From: the human T2T-CHM13v2.0 reference genome, Homo sapiens
Assembly (NCBI RefSeq): GCF_009914755.1
Contig: NC_060926.1
Length of the DNA: 64,000 nt
Reading direction: 5' to 3' (one strand)
In this document: piece by piece, positions 51,820-64,000 of the stretch
Layout: the number at the start of each line of letters is the position of its first letter
Numbering within the stretch: the first letter of the stretch is position 1
The notes under the pieces: generated by a model
What the model saw: the letters and a program-made list of their open reading frames with translations, nothing else
What the model was told of the DNA's origin: nothing
Database searches by the model: none
Translations under genes and position numbers: made by a program

Positions 51820-53021
51820 CTGAGGTAACATTTCATAGGTCTTAAAGGCTTTAAAAAAAATACAGGTTTTTCTACATTTTGTGTTAAGCTATGCATTTTT
51901 TATATTGTTCTTTGAGATAAAAATGTTCTTGCACTTTCTCTTTACAATCCAAACCCAGGACATCTTTTAAAATCTGAGCACAATATTAGGTACTCTAAAA
52001 CTTAGCTTCTTAATCCTTTAATGGTGCAGTAGAGTTTCCCAACCCACAGCTCCTCAAATGACATGGGCAAACTATATTATTTCATATTGCTCTTTGTCTC
52101 TGTTCTCTCACTTCTGAAATCAAAGTTATAGAACTGAAACCTAATATTTTCAGTTAGAAAACACTCTTCTAAAGTTAGACAACAGTGTTGTTATTTTGCT
52201 TTAAAAAAAAAAAAAACTAGAAAATGCCCTTCCCATATTACATGTTATGTATCAAAGGAAAATTTAAATCTTCAGATTTAAGAACTAGTAATCCACCCTG
52301 GAAGGGTACAATGAAAGGGAAATAGCATTTTCTTATACTTTATTCACACAATATTTCATTTTTCTCTATAATACCTATAATAATGCAAGCAAAATAGAAA
52401 CACATGTTAAACAAATGAATAAATACTCTAGAAAGCTGGTGGTCACAATGATGCAATCTCCCACAGTGTATGTATATTTTCTCTTATAAGGAGGTTGGTC
52501 TTGTTAATGCTATATACAGTATGTTGTAACACCTCTTAGGGCGGACTACTTTGAATTTTCAGACGGTAGAAGGATTGTTCCTTTTGCTATAAAGTATCTG
52601 TTTTAACTTTAAATATCAGAGAGTTTAGTTACATTTTAGTCTGGAAGCCAAGAAAAAAAGCATGGGCAGTTTTAATCTTGAAATTCAAAACTATTCATCA
52701 CAAAGAACTTAATTCTGAGATCTAGGTTAATAAACTTTTAAATTAAACTTCACCTAAAATTTAAAAAACAGAAAAATTTTGATTTAAAAATTATAAACAT
52801 TAAATCATTATGTAAGGTAATATTTTAGTGTTCTACTTTTCTTTTAATTTAGGAAATTTTACTGGTGTTTCCCTTAAAATGTCTCTCTCTCCTAAGTCAT
52901 TTATCTTTTAGAGTTAATTTATTATTAGTTATTCAGAAAAATGTACAGCACCATAAAAGAAAATTTCATACAGCAACCTGCAGCTAAACACAATTGTGGT
53001 TAAAAATTTTAAAACCAATGA

Positions 53022-53366
<345 letters not shown>

Positions 53367-56300
53367 TGGATAACTTTTTCTTAATGTGATACTTCAGAAA
53401 TTTTTTGAAGCAGAAATAAAACAAATTTAAGCAATGATAAATGTGGTTAGAAGAACTGTCATTCATATCTGGTAAAGAAATATTTTATAGACAAAATAAT
53501 GCTCCAGTAGAGTTAGTTCCATTTTTTTCTTTGCCATAGTTTCAAAACACAGGTGACACTTAAATTAAAAAGAAAGAAACAAAAGGCTAAACAGACCTCA
53601 CAGGTTTGGCTTTCAGCTGAGCCGGGGAGGGTGGTTGTGAGTGCCCCAGATTTGTGAACTTTTCCTCACCATGTTAGTTTGTACTCATTTCTCTTTCAAA
53701 TAATTGCACTAGAAATATCTTGCTAGTGATTGACAATTCATTTATAATATTTTAATTTTATAGACAAAATAATGCTTTCACATTATTTAAAGCATTTAGT
53801 TTGATTGGAAATCTGCTGAAAATAGAGTCAATTTTTGGAAAATAATTGTACCGTACGTGATTTTGTAGAGACATTCCTTGACTAAGGTAGTGGAAAATGT
53901 GCTCCCTGTTTGCTTCCATCAAAGCTAAAAGGGACATTGTCAGTGGAGAAAACCGAGCTGAATTACCGGACCTTGGAACTGACACACACCTGCCAGTGAC
54001 ATGAAACTACCTGATGACCTCCTGGGCCCAAATCAAGTGATTTATTTAGAAAATCAAATCCCAGCTAGGTACTTTTTTTTTTTGTTCCTTTTCTTTAGCT
54101 TTTGGAGGGAAAAATGTATCCTGTTTAAAAATAAAAATCAAACTTTGGAAGTTTACTTTATGACCTCTACATAAAATATGCTTAATATACTCTTGGATTC
54201 TAGTCAACTTTAGGTTACAATTGATTCCTTGAAGACAGATATTCATGGAAATCCACTGTTGAAAAAGATTATTTCACATTTTTACCATCAGTTCTGTTGA
54301 CTTGTTTGTGTTTTCAATGGCAAAAGATTACCCTCAATTTGATAAGCTTCATACGTTCTCCTACTATATCAAAGAAGAGAGAGCTACGAACACACGCAGT
54401 CAATTCACAATTATTCACTTAAGCTATCTGTGGCATATTTTATACCCATAATATGGTATGTATCTTGGAGTGTTCTCTTAGAATTAGTACATGCTCTTTC
54501 CTCTGTTCTTGCGTGTTTTCACCTGCAGATCAAATTGTGCCAGAATGCAAGTCGAGAAGAAAGCCCTCACCTGCACCCTGTAGAGTGTTCTTAGTCCAGG
54601 TCAGAGAGTTAAAGCGTTCACTTCTACTTCTTTTCCACATACTTGCTACTTTAGCAATGGTGGCCTTTGTGTGAAGATGATTAGTTTTATATAGATGAAG
54701 TATTTAATACAGGAAAAGACCCATTATAATGCAAGAGCATCAGTATTGTCTACTTGACTCATTTCCCATGGTCAGGTTTCTGGGATGGCACAGACTGGGA
54801 GAATGTGGTGTCAATTATCGCAAGAAGAGAGAAAACACAAGAGTGGGGAGCATTTTCTCCCTAATGCAATGTGTGCCACACACAAAACATGCGAAAGGTG
54901 ACCTGTGCTGGGATCCTGCTTTATGCATTATTTAATAAAATGTATTATATCTGTCATAACTCAAATGTTTAAATTCCAAAAGCAATCAGATGACTTGGTG
55001 AAAATGATCATGTCATGTTGGAATAACTAATTTGAAGCTCTATTTTATCAATTGCCATGGTAAATCATCTTTTATAAAAATAAATATTACAGTAAAGTGT
55101 AACAAAAATTATATCACAAATTTAGTACATTGAGATTTAAAGAAAGCATTCTTGGCAGTATAGAATGAAATTCAATACATGTATCCAAAAAAATTAGACA
55201 ATATTGCCATAAAATATATTATTTGGTCAAAATATTCTCTGTTTCTAATGTAGTAAAGTACATATCCATAGAAGTTTGTGTAGCATCTCAGGAAGGCAAA
55301 AGTAGACATGTTGTTTCACAGTACTTTCTTTGGTGCCATACATTTTAAAAAATATATAATGGCAGGTCTTCTCCTGCCAGTTTAGAGTTAACTCAGCTTT
55401 TCCAATATGGACAAAAACCATATTTTATAATTTCCACGGATAAATGTAAATCATTAATGGGAGAAAATGAGAAAATTTATCTTCTCCCACATGTTTGATG
55501 CAATAAGTTACAGAGTTTATTTCTATCATTAATTTCACTTTAGTCACGTTTTTTGATAAATGGAAAGGAATGTTTAAAGCTTTAATCTTATATGATCTGT
55601 ATTATCAAAGGAAGAGTTAATAATGCATTTAATGAGTATTAACATGAAAGCTAGCACTCAGGCCACAATTAATGCCTACTTCGTCAGCAGATGTAGAAGA
55701 CAAGTAAATAACAGAGAGCCTAATGGCAAGTCTGTTAGATGTGTCATGGACAGAGGCTTTTTGAAATTCAGTAAAAGCATCTAGTACTCAGTTTCAATCT
55801 GAAAGAACGAATGTCCAGAAGCATTGCAATTGGGCTATAAATAACTATTGGAAAGAGGTATGCTATATTTCCATAAATGGTTAGAAAGAATGACTTGGTG
55901 ATGCTCTTAGTCTTCTTGAAGGTGTTACATTATAATGTGAGCAAAGGCCCTTTTTGAACTATTCTCCACACTGACAAAATAACATTCACTTTATATGGGT
56001 CACAGAAGCTCAACCATCCTAAAAATTAATCACATTGGCTCAACATGTTTAATCTCAAGGGATCCCTCGAGGACTTTTCCTATCACTCTGCTTCCTATGT
56101 CACCTCTAGTCTGCATGGGTAGAGATCAAAGGCTTAATGTGTTTCCCTGAAGAACCCATCAATTACATTTCTTTTGGTAACGGGAAGTGTGTTATAAAAG
56201 AATTAGAAACCTCCCCTTGCGATGAGAGGCTGGTACTCCTGTGGGATTCAGTTACATCTTTAGACAAGAAGCTTTGAAGTAAAGATAAAATTATGATAAA

Positions 56301-56504
56301 GACAGGCAGTGCAGAAGCCTGCTGTTTGACCTTGCTGAGACTCACACTCCATGCTATTGCTGGCCTATGCCCACTGAAGTATACCCATAAGCAGACTGGA
56401 AATACAATGATTTTTTTTGTCCAAAGGTGAGGTGGAATGCCTTCTATATTTTACTGTGTTTTTCTGGAGTAACTCTGACATAAGCCCTACCATCATCTAG
56501 CACC

Positions 56505-56659
56505 TGGCTTTTCATGGGCCACAGCATCAGCATTACTTGGAAGCTTGTTAGAAATTAAGAATCTCAAGTTATTTCAGACCTACTGAAGCAGAATCTGCAT
56601 TTTAAAAATATCCCCAGAATATTTGTGTGCATGCTGAAATTTTAGAAGCCCTGCTCTAC
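56505..56659. mobile_element. MER5A (hAT-Charlie)
   Basis: 'cagcatcagcattacttggaagcttgttagaaat...cagacctactgaagcagaatctgcatttt'. Confidence 0.88.
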
Positions 56660-57949
56660 ATTGTCCCTATTTGATTGAAGTCAACACATAACTCCTTTTG
56701 CGCTAGCTGGTAGCTTATCTTGATCTTACAATTCAGGATTTGCTGTGCTTATTCTCCTACTACCCTTTCCCTCTTCACTGGATAAATAGAAAATATTTGA
56801 TGAGGGAACAGTTTAGCATTTACTTAAACAAATTATTTAGTTTCCAATTAAATATTTGAACAATTTTTACTATTGTATGATAATATGTATAATATAGTTT
56901 GAGTAGAGCAATTAGAGGTAAAAGGAAATGTATAAGTGAATTGAATACTTTCTGAGTTTATTACTATATATGTTCATGTTTGCATCACTGTCCAATCCTT
57001 TATGTTTTATGTGAATTCATCTACTAAGATAAATGCAGTGTTTACTTATACTGACACAATAATTGCAAATTGAATTACAAAATATTTATATGCAAACTGG
57101 CAATTTTAACAGGTACAGCATAAAAATGTCCTGGTTTAAGATACAACCAATTACCTCCTGTTTCCTAATAAACAGGGAATAATTCAAAGAAAAACTCCCG
57201 TGAAGAACCAGTTTTAATGAGAAAAGCTCACTCTAGTGTTGTATACGGAGAAATTATTTTATCTAAGTTGTTATATAACAGATGCATCAATTTTCAAATT
57301 GAACTCTTAAAAAAGTTGTCATACTTCTGGTGTATTTCCATGTTATGGTTAATTAATCGTTATTTAGGTTTTACTACCTTTTACTTAGAAGTAGTTAAAC
57401 TGTTATCCCCACATTTCTATCTGCATAACATTAAGCACTATTATTGCTGATATTTTAAAGGTGATGTTACAAATGTTTGTGTATAAGCATGTGTACCCGA
57501 GAAATACTGACATATTATTTTCACATCATCTAGATATAAACTCTGTATTTGTTTACTAGTTCTAATAGGTTCTAAGGATTAAAAGTTTACAGGAGATGAA
57601 ATGCAAGCTCACTGGCTGCCTCACTGGGTGACTTAACAGGTGTCCATATGAAGAAAAAGTGGGCATTGTGACCCCCATAAGAAGAAACACAGATATAAAT
57701 AAAGACCATGTCTTTTGGATATTTTCCATTAAAATTTAGTATTTGGTTTTTTTCTATGGTTAGTGTTTAGTTTGTTCTATTTTTGTGTTCTTGCTAAATG
57801 TAAAACATTCATCTTGCTTCATTGACCTGGAAAAATGAAAAGGACAGCTGCATAGATCAGGGATTCTTGGAACTTCTTCAAGTGCTTTCAGACCCTGTGT
57901 ACCTTCCCCAGCCTCCTCAACCAGAATGGCTTCTATAGTTACTAGAAAT

Positions 57950-58060
57950 TGTATTCATTTATCGACATGCATACCCTGATAGTGTTTGTATATGCTAATA
58001 AAACTGGGAGTAATGCAAAGGAATCGGACAAATACCCAGGAGTCTCAACAATCACCATGT
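57950..58060 (-). mobile_element. Degenerate L2 3' fragment
   Basis: 'tattcatttatcgacatgcat...gtttgtatatgcta...actgggagtaatgcaaaggaatcggacaaatacc'. Confidence 0.4.
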
Positions 58061-58164
58061 CAGGTCTCAGAGGCTGGAAAATCATCCAGAGCACAAGAAT
58101 TATCAAGTAGGTGTCCATTGCTTCCTATTCAAATGCTCTGCCATTATAGTAACTATAGTCAGTT

Positions 58165-58530
58165 ATATTATTGTCAGAAGTTATTTGCTATCCATCCCTA
58201 TTAAATAATTACATTGTCTTGGCCTATATCACCGTATCAGATATGATTCTATGACTTAGTTTGGCCTATTAAATGTGAGAAAACAAGTGACAAATGGCAT
58301 TTCCAAACACAGCCTCTAAGTGCTACCAGTCTTTTTCCTTAGCCATGGGAATGATATGTACCATAGGGCCCGGTCATTCAGCCAGAGTCCTGAAATGAGG
58401 AAATGGAACAAAGCTACAACTGAGACATATTGGTATATATTTGAGGGAGAAATAAGCATTTGTTTTTGTCAGGCATTGAACATTTGTGCCATTTGTTACT
58501 GTAGCATTATCTTGCCTAGAATGACTGGCA
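58165..58530 (+). mobile_element. Old MLT1 (I/J/K-like) LTR
   Basis: 'atgacttagtttggcctattaaatgtgag' and 'gagaaataagcatttgtttttgtcaggcattga...tttgttactgtagcat'. Confidence 0.75.
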
Positions 58531-58592
58531 TGGTCATCAGCTATTCTATGTTGCTATCAATTGATTTCTCTTATGCTTATTCCATTTAGTTT

Positions 58593-58593
<1 letters not shown>

Positions 58594-58632
<39 letters not shown>

Positions 58633-58651
58633 CCCCCCACCACCACACACA
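58594..58651 (+). repeat. (CT)n microsatellite followed by a C/CA-rich run
   Basis: About 18 CT units then caccccccaccaccacacaca. Confidence 0.95.
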
Positions 58652-60370
58652 CATGCATATCTCAGAGAAATTGCAGGTTTGTTTCCAGACCACTGCACAC
58701 TTCAATAAAGCAAATATTGCAATAAACCAAGTCACATAAATTAGGGGGGCTTTCTTAGTACATATGAAAATTATGTTTACCCTACACTGTACTTTTTTAT
58801 GTGTGCAGTATTATTATGTCTATAAATTCACATACCTTAAAGAAAAAATAATAAAAAATCCTAATGATCATCTGAGCCTTCAGTTAGTTGTAATCACATT
58901 GCTGGCAGAGGATCTTGCCTCGATATTGATGGCTGCTTACTGATCAGGGTGGTGGCTATGAAGCTTGGAGTGGCTGTGAAAACTTCTTAAAATAAGACAA
59001 TAATGAAGTTTGCCATATGGATTGATGCTTTATTTCATGAAAGATTTCTCTGTAACAGGAGATGCTGTTTGATAGCATTTTGCTCACAGTAGAATTTCTT
59101 TCAAACTTGGTATCAATCTTCTCAAAACCTGCAGCTACATTATCAATTAAGTTTATGTAATATTATACGTCATTTGTTGTCATTTCAACGACGTTCACAA
59201 GCATCATCACCAGTAGAACCTAACTCAAGAAACCGCTTTCTTTGCTTATCCAAAAGAAGCAACTCATTCGTTGAAGCTTTATTGTGACATTGCCTCAATC
59301 CAGTCAGATCTTCAAAGTCTACTCCTAATTCTACTTGCTATTTCCATTACATCTGCAGTTACTTCCTCCACTGAAGTCTTGAATCCCTCAAAGTCACAAA
59401 GCTATTACTTCCACATTGAAAATCTGTTGCTTAGTATATCCACCTTTACAAATTATTTTAGCTATATATTCCAGATAACTTGCTACAGCTTCTCCATCAG
59501 CACTTGCTACTTCACCTTGTACTTTTATGTTATGGAGATGGCTTCTTTCCTTAAATCTCATGAACCAATCTCTGCTACCTTCCAACTTCTCTTTGGCAGC
59601 CTTCTAATCTCTCTCAGCTTTCATAGAATTAAAGAGAGTTAGGGCTGTGTTCTGGATTAAGCTTTGGCTTAAAGGAATGTTGTGGCTTGTTTGATCTTCT
59701 GTCCAGATCATTCAAACTTTCTTGATATTAGCAAAAAGGCTGTTTTGCTTTCTTATGATTCCTGTGTTCTTTGGAGTAGATTTTTAAATTTTCTTCAAAA
59801 ATTTTTCCTTTACATTCACATCTTGGCTGTTTGGCTCAAGATGCCTAGTTTTTGGCCTATCTTGCTTTTGACATGCCTTTTTTTTTTTCTATGCTTAATC
59901 ATTTCTATATTTTTGATTTAAAGTGAGAGATGTGTGACACTTCCTTTCACTCGAACACTAAGAGGCCATTGTAGAGATATTAATTGGACTACTTTCAATA
60001 TTGTTTTACTCAGAGAAGAGGGAGGCCTGAGAAGAGTGAGATGAATGAACAGCTGGTAGGTGGAGAAGTCAGAACACACACACATTTATCAATTAAGTTT
60101 TTCTCTTGTATGGCCACAATTCATGGCACCCCAAAAGAGTTACAATAGTAACATCAAAGATTACTAATCACAGATCACCATCACAGATATAATAATAATG
60201 AAAAGTTTCAAATATTGTGAGAATAAACTAAATGTGACACAGAGACATGAACTGAGCACCCATTGTTGGAAAATTGGTGCCAATAGGCTTGTTGGACTCA
60301 GGGTTGCCACAAACTGTCAATTTATGAAACACACAATATCTGAAAAGCATAATAAACAAAGGTATGCTTG
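58652..60370 (-). mobile_element. Tigger1 DNA transposon with an internal deletion
   Basis: Termini CATGCATATCTC and AAGGTATGCTTG resemble the CAGGCATACCTC terminal repeat; ORF 59394-59585(-) [34 protein letters not shown]...[11 protein letters not shown] matches the Tigger1 transposase; about 1.7 kb against about 2.4 kb for a full element, with a junction near 59395. Confidence 0.93.
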
Positions 60371-61790
60371 TGTATGGCTTTTTTGTATTTATTGTTTCCA
60401 CTTATGTATGGTATGTATTGCTTCGTGTATTCTTTCACTGTGATTTTATTATTTTGTGTCTCCTGTGTCTTTCTGCTTCTAATTTGTACTGTCCACTCTC
60501 TAAGTTTCTCATTAATATTCTCAAGAAAATTAGTCATTTTATCATCCTGGCTGAGCAGAATGTTCATGCCTGTCCAGTTTATTGGCCATTAGTCAGCCAT
60601 TATAGTCGTGTATCTGAGGACTTTTGTGGCATGTCATTTACTACATGGAGAATATTTTGGTAACAATTTTCATGATAGGTAAAATGTCACATGCCCTTAA
60701 GTTTTCTTAGAAATCATGAATAGTTATTAAAATATCTTTCTTTAAGACTTTCTCAAAATGTTAGCACCTATAAATGGAATAATTGTATTATTGCCATGGA
60801 TTCTATTCAGGAAATCAGATGTAATCAGAAGCTAAAATACAATTAAAAGAAAACTGAGTGTTTCTAATAAGCTTTCTCTTTATTAACTAAAATACATATT
60901 ATAATGAAAATCACATTGATCTCTCATTTTAGGATATTTGGTTTGGTTCGTTCTACTATTAGTCACTCTATTAGTCATAGGAGATGAATGATTTCATTCT
61001 TTTCCATTTTCTCTGTTATCATTTTCTTGCAAACTTTATAGTAGAGAAAAAGAGTTCTATATAATCTCCAGGCTCTGCTCACTCTGCTGTGTTTATGAGT
61101 CCATCTAATCCTTACAACCACATTTCAGGTTGACAATTGTTAAGACATCAGTGGATATGGATGCCAATTTCATGAAATATCCCTGAGAATAACACATCCT
61201 GAATTATTTTTGAAACTTAAGGTATTCATCCTGCAGAGGAGAAATAGCTTCAACATTCTTTCATTTCTGTTCAATCAATTTCCACAAATTTGTATTCCAA
61301 GGCAAGCCTCTTTCATTTAGTCACAGCATTACAGAAACCAAAAGCTCAAAATACCTCTAAAACTACTGAATGGAATCCTGTCAAAATAGAAGCTCAGGCT
61401 CATGCCTTAGCATCTGCCCTCAGAAAAACTGTGAAGTTTTTAGTGGCAACAGAGGAAGAGAGGATGCATTAGAAATAGCACTTGGCCTCACATATTTTTA
61501 GAGGAAATCTTGATTCTGCTACTTTCTGGCTGTGTGATCGTCACAACTCAGTGCCCTTAACAAGAACACAAATTAGATTTAATATTCATTACATTCAACT
61601 GAAGATTCTTATTTTGATGCCATCCTGGATTCCTCTATTTTAATGCCTGTAATTTCAGGGTGCCACTGGTAAGCTCAGTGTTCCCCTCAGGACCACAGTC
61701 TATGAGCCTCAAGCTCGTCTTACCCCATGTCCGAAATTCAGATGGATATTTTCATTGTTTTATTTCAAATAGTTTATTTCAGTATATTAA

Positions 61791-62515
<725 letters not shown>

Positions 62516-62707
62516 CTACCTTTTCATCCCTCGAACATTTAACCTGCTGCTGGAGTGACCACATCTGCATTTGTCAAGAGCCTCTTTAGACATTCTTAAG
62601 CCAATGAAATGACATTAACAGAAGAAAAGGAATGTTGGGATTGAGACATGCCAATGAAATAGAAATTAGGGTTAAAATAAAGAAAATCAAGACAAATATA
62701 AGTAAGG

Positions 62708-63024
62708 TTTTTGTTGTTGTTGTTGTTTCTTTTTGAGATACAGTCTTGCCCTGTGGCCGAGGCTTGAGTGGAGTGGTCTGGTCATGGCCCACTGTAGTTT
62801 CAACCTCCCTGGCTCGAGTGATCTTCCTACCTCAGCCTTTCCAGTAGCTGGACCACAGGCATGTGCCATCATCAGCTAATTTTCTTTTTATGTTTTAATT
62901 TTTTGGTAGAGATGGAGTCTCACTAGGCTGCCCAGATTGGTCTCAGTCTCCTAGGCTCAAGCTATCCTCCCACATCAGCATTCCAAAGTGTCGGGATTAT
63001 AGGCATGAGCCACAGCACCTGGCC
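62708..63024 (-). mobile_element. AluJ
   Basis: (TTG)n tail and a diverged dimer with 'ctcctaggctcaagctatcctccc'. Confidence 0.92.
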
Positions 63025-63399
63025 AGTAAAATTCTAACAAAGGGGAATGAGTGAAAGGTGACAAAAGTTATTAGTGAAAACATTATATCTGATGGCTTTC
63101 CTGTTCTCTTTCCTTCATTTTCATTAAAAAAACTCGTGACTAATTAAAAGTGAAAAGGAAGAGTGCATTTATTTTTTACCTGTTTAACTATTTTTTTTCT
63201 TTGAAGAAGTTCAGAGTAAATAACATGGAAATAACTACACAAACAAATTGTAACTGATTTCATGTAAAAATGAGTGATACTTAAGTGTAATGTAAAATCC
63301 TATACATTTTATTATAATAAAAGAAAATAAAGAGCAGAATCATGTCTACATAAAATGAAAGCACACCAGAAAGACAGGCTTATATAAAATATGCAATTT

Positions 63400-64000
63400 T
63401 ACATTTTCTTTCTAAATTAGTGAGAAGACAAGAAGGTTGTAAAATAAAGGAAACACTGTTAATAAGAATTAGAAAAGTTTAGAACATAAGTGGCAGAACC
63501 TAAAAGTTTATTACATAGAAAATATTACTTAGAAATTAAAGTAGTCTAAATAAAACACAAGAGTAAATGAGCATAAATTATGAAATATATATGTAATTAC
63601 GGTATACATAGATTGATATATATGAATTGTTAGATAGAATATAATGTAAATTATGAAACAGAATATTAAAATGAGAAAAATTTAAAAAGAAATGAAAAGG
63701 TTTGAGGAGGAAATGAGAACAATTGGTAGTCAAAGAAAGCTCAACATTTAGATAATATGAATCTCTAAAGACAAAAAAATCAAAGCAAGGGTATAGAAAA
63801 ATACTAAAATACAATAAGTAACATATAATGAAAAGAATTATATTTTCATCAAAAATTTTAACACCAATAATTTATTCCAAAACGAAATTGAGTAATAAAA
63901 TACTAAAGAAATTAAAATGTGAGCCGCTAATTTTGTATCTAGCAAAGTTGATTTTCAAATATAAAGGTCACAGACAAACTTTTTGTGACATGTAAAAACT
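63400..64000 (+). mobile_element. Ancient L1M/HAL1 ORF1-region fragment running off the window
   Basis: A-rich; 63930-63992 translates ILYLAKLIFKYKGHRQTFCDM, similar to the ORF1p C-terminal motif ILYPAKLSF. Confidence 0.6.

Noticed and set aside
59394-59585. Domesticated TIGD1-like transposase gene
   Set aside because: It is a short fragment in a decayed, internally deleted Tigger1 that lacks much of the catalytic domain.

Overview
This is AT-rich, CpG-depleted primate (very probably human) non-coding DNA, mostly made of interspersed repeats: four near-full-length LINE-1s (L1MA, L1PB and older L1PA types), about nine Alu or Alu-monomer copies, THE1, MLT1 and LTR1 retroviral elements, MIR and L2 relics, and Tigger, MER and MADE1 DNA transposons. 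The only recognisable gene-derived sequence is a full-length processed pseudogene of DNAJA1 (minus strand, about 19856-21360). No intact protein-coding gene, RNA gene or CRISPR array is supported, and the ORF-track entries are mostly transposon fragments or chance frames. I found no new enzymatic or gene system; the notable signals are structural. (1) One target-site duplication brackets an 11.8-kb block (2035-13874) made of a full-length L1MA plus about 3.6 kb of non-self 3' sequence, a candidate ancient L1 3' transduction. (2) A 260-bp patchwork insertion (6604-6862) joins half a MADE1 to several pieces copied from nearby DNA. (3) A triplicated, partly inverted segment creates a 134-bp inverted repeat in an L1 5' UTR (44141-44639). 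Repeat subfamily names come from my recollection of consensus sequences and need RepeatMasker/Dfam confirmation.
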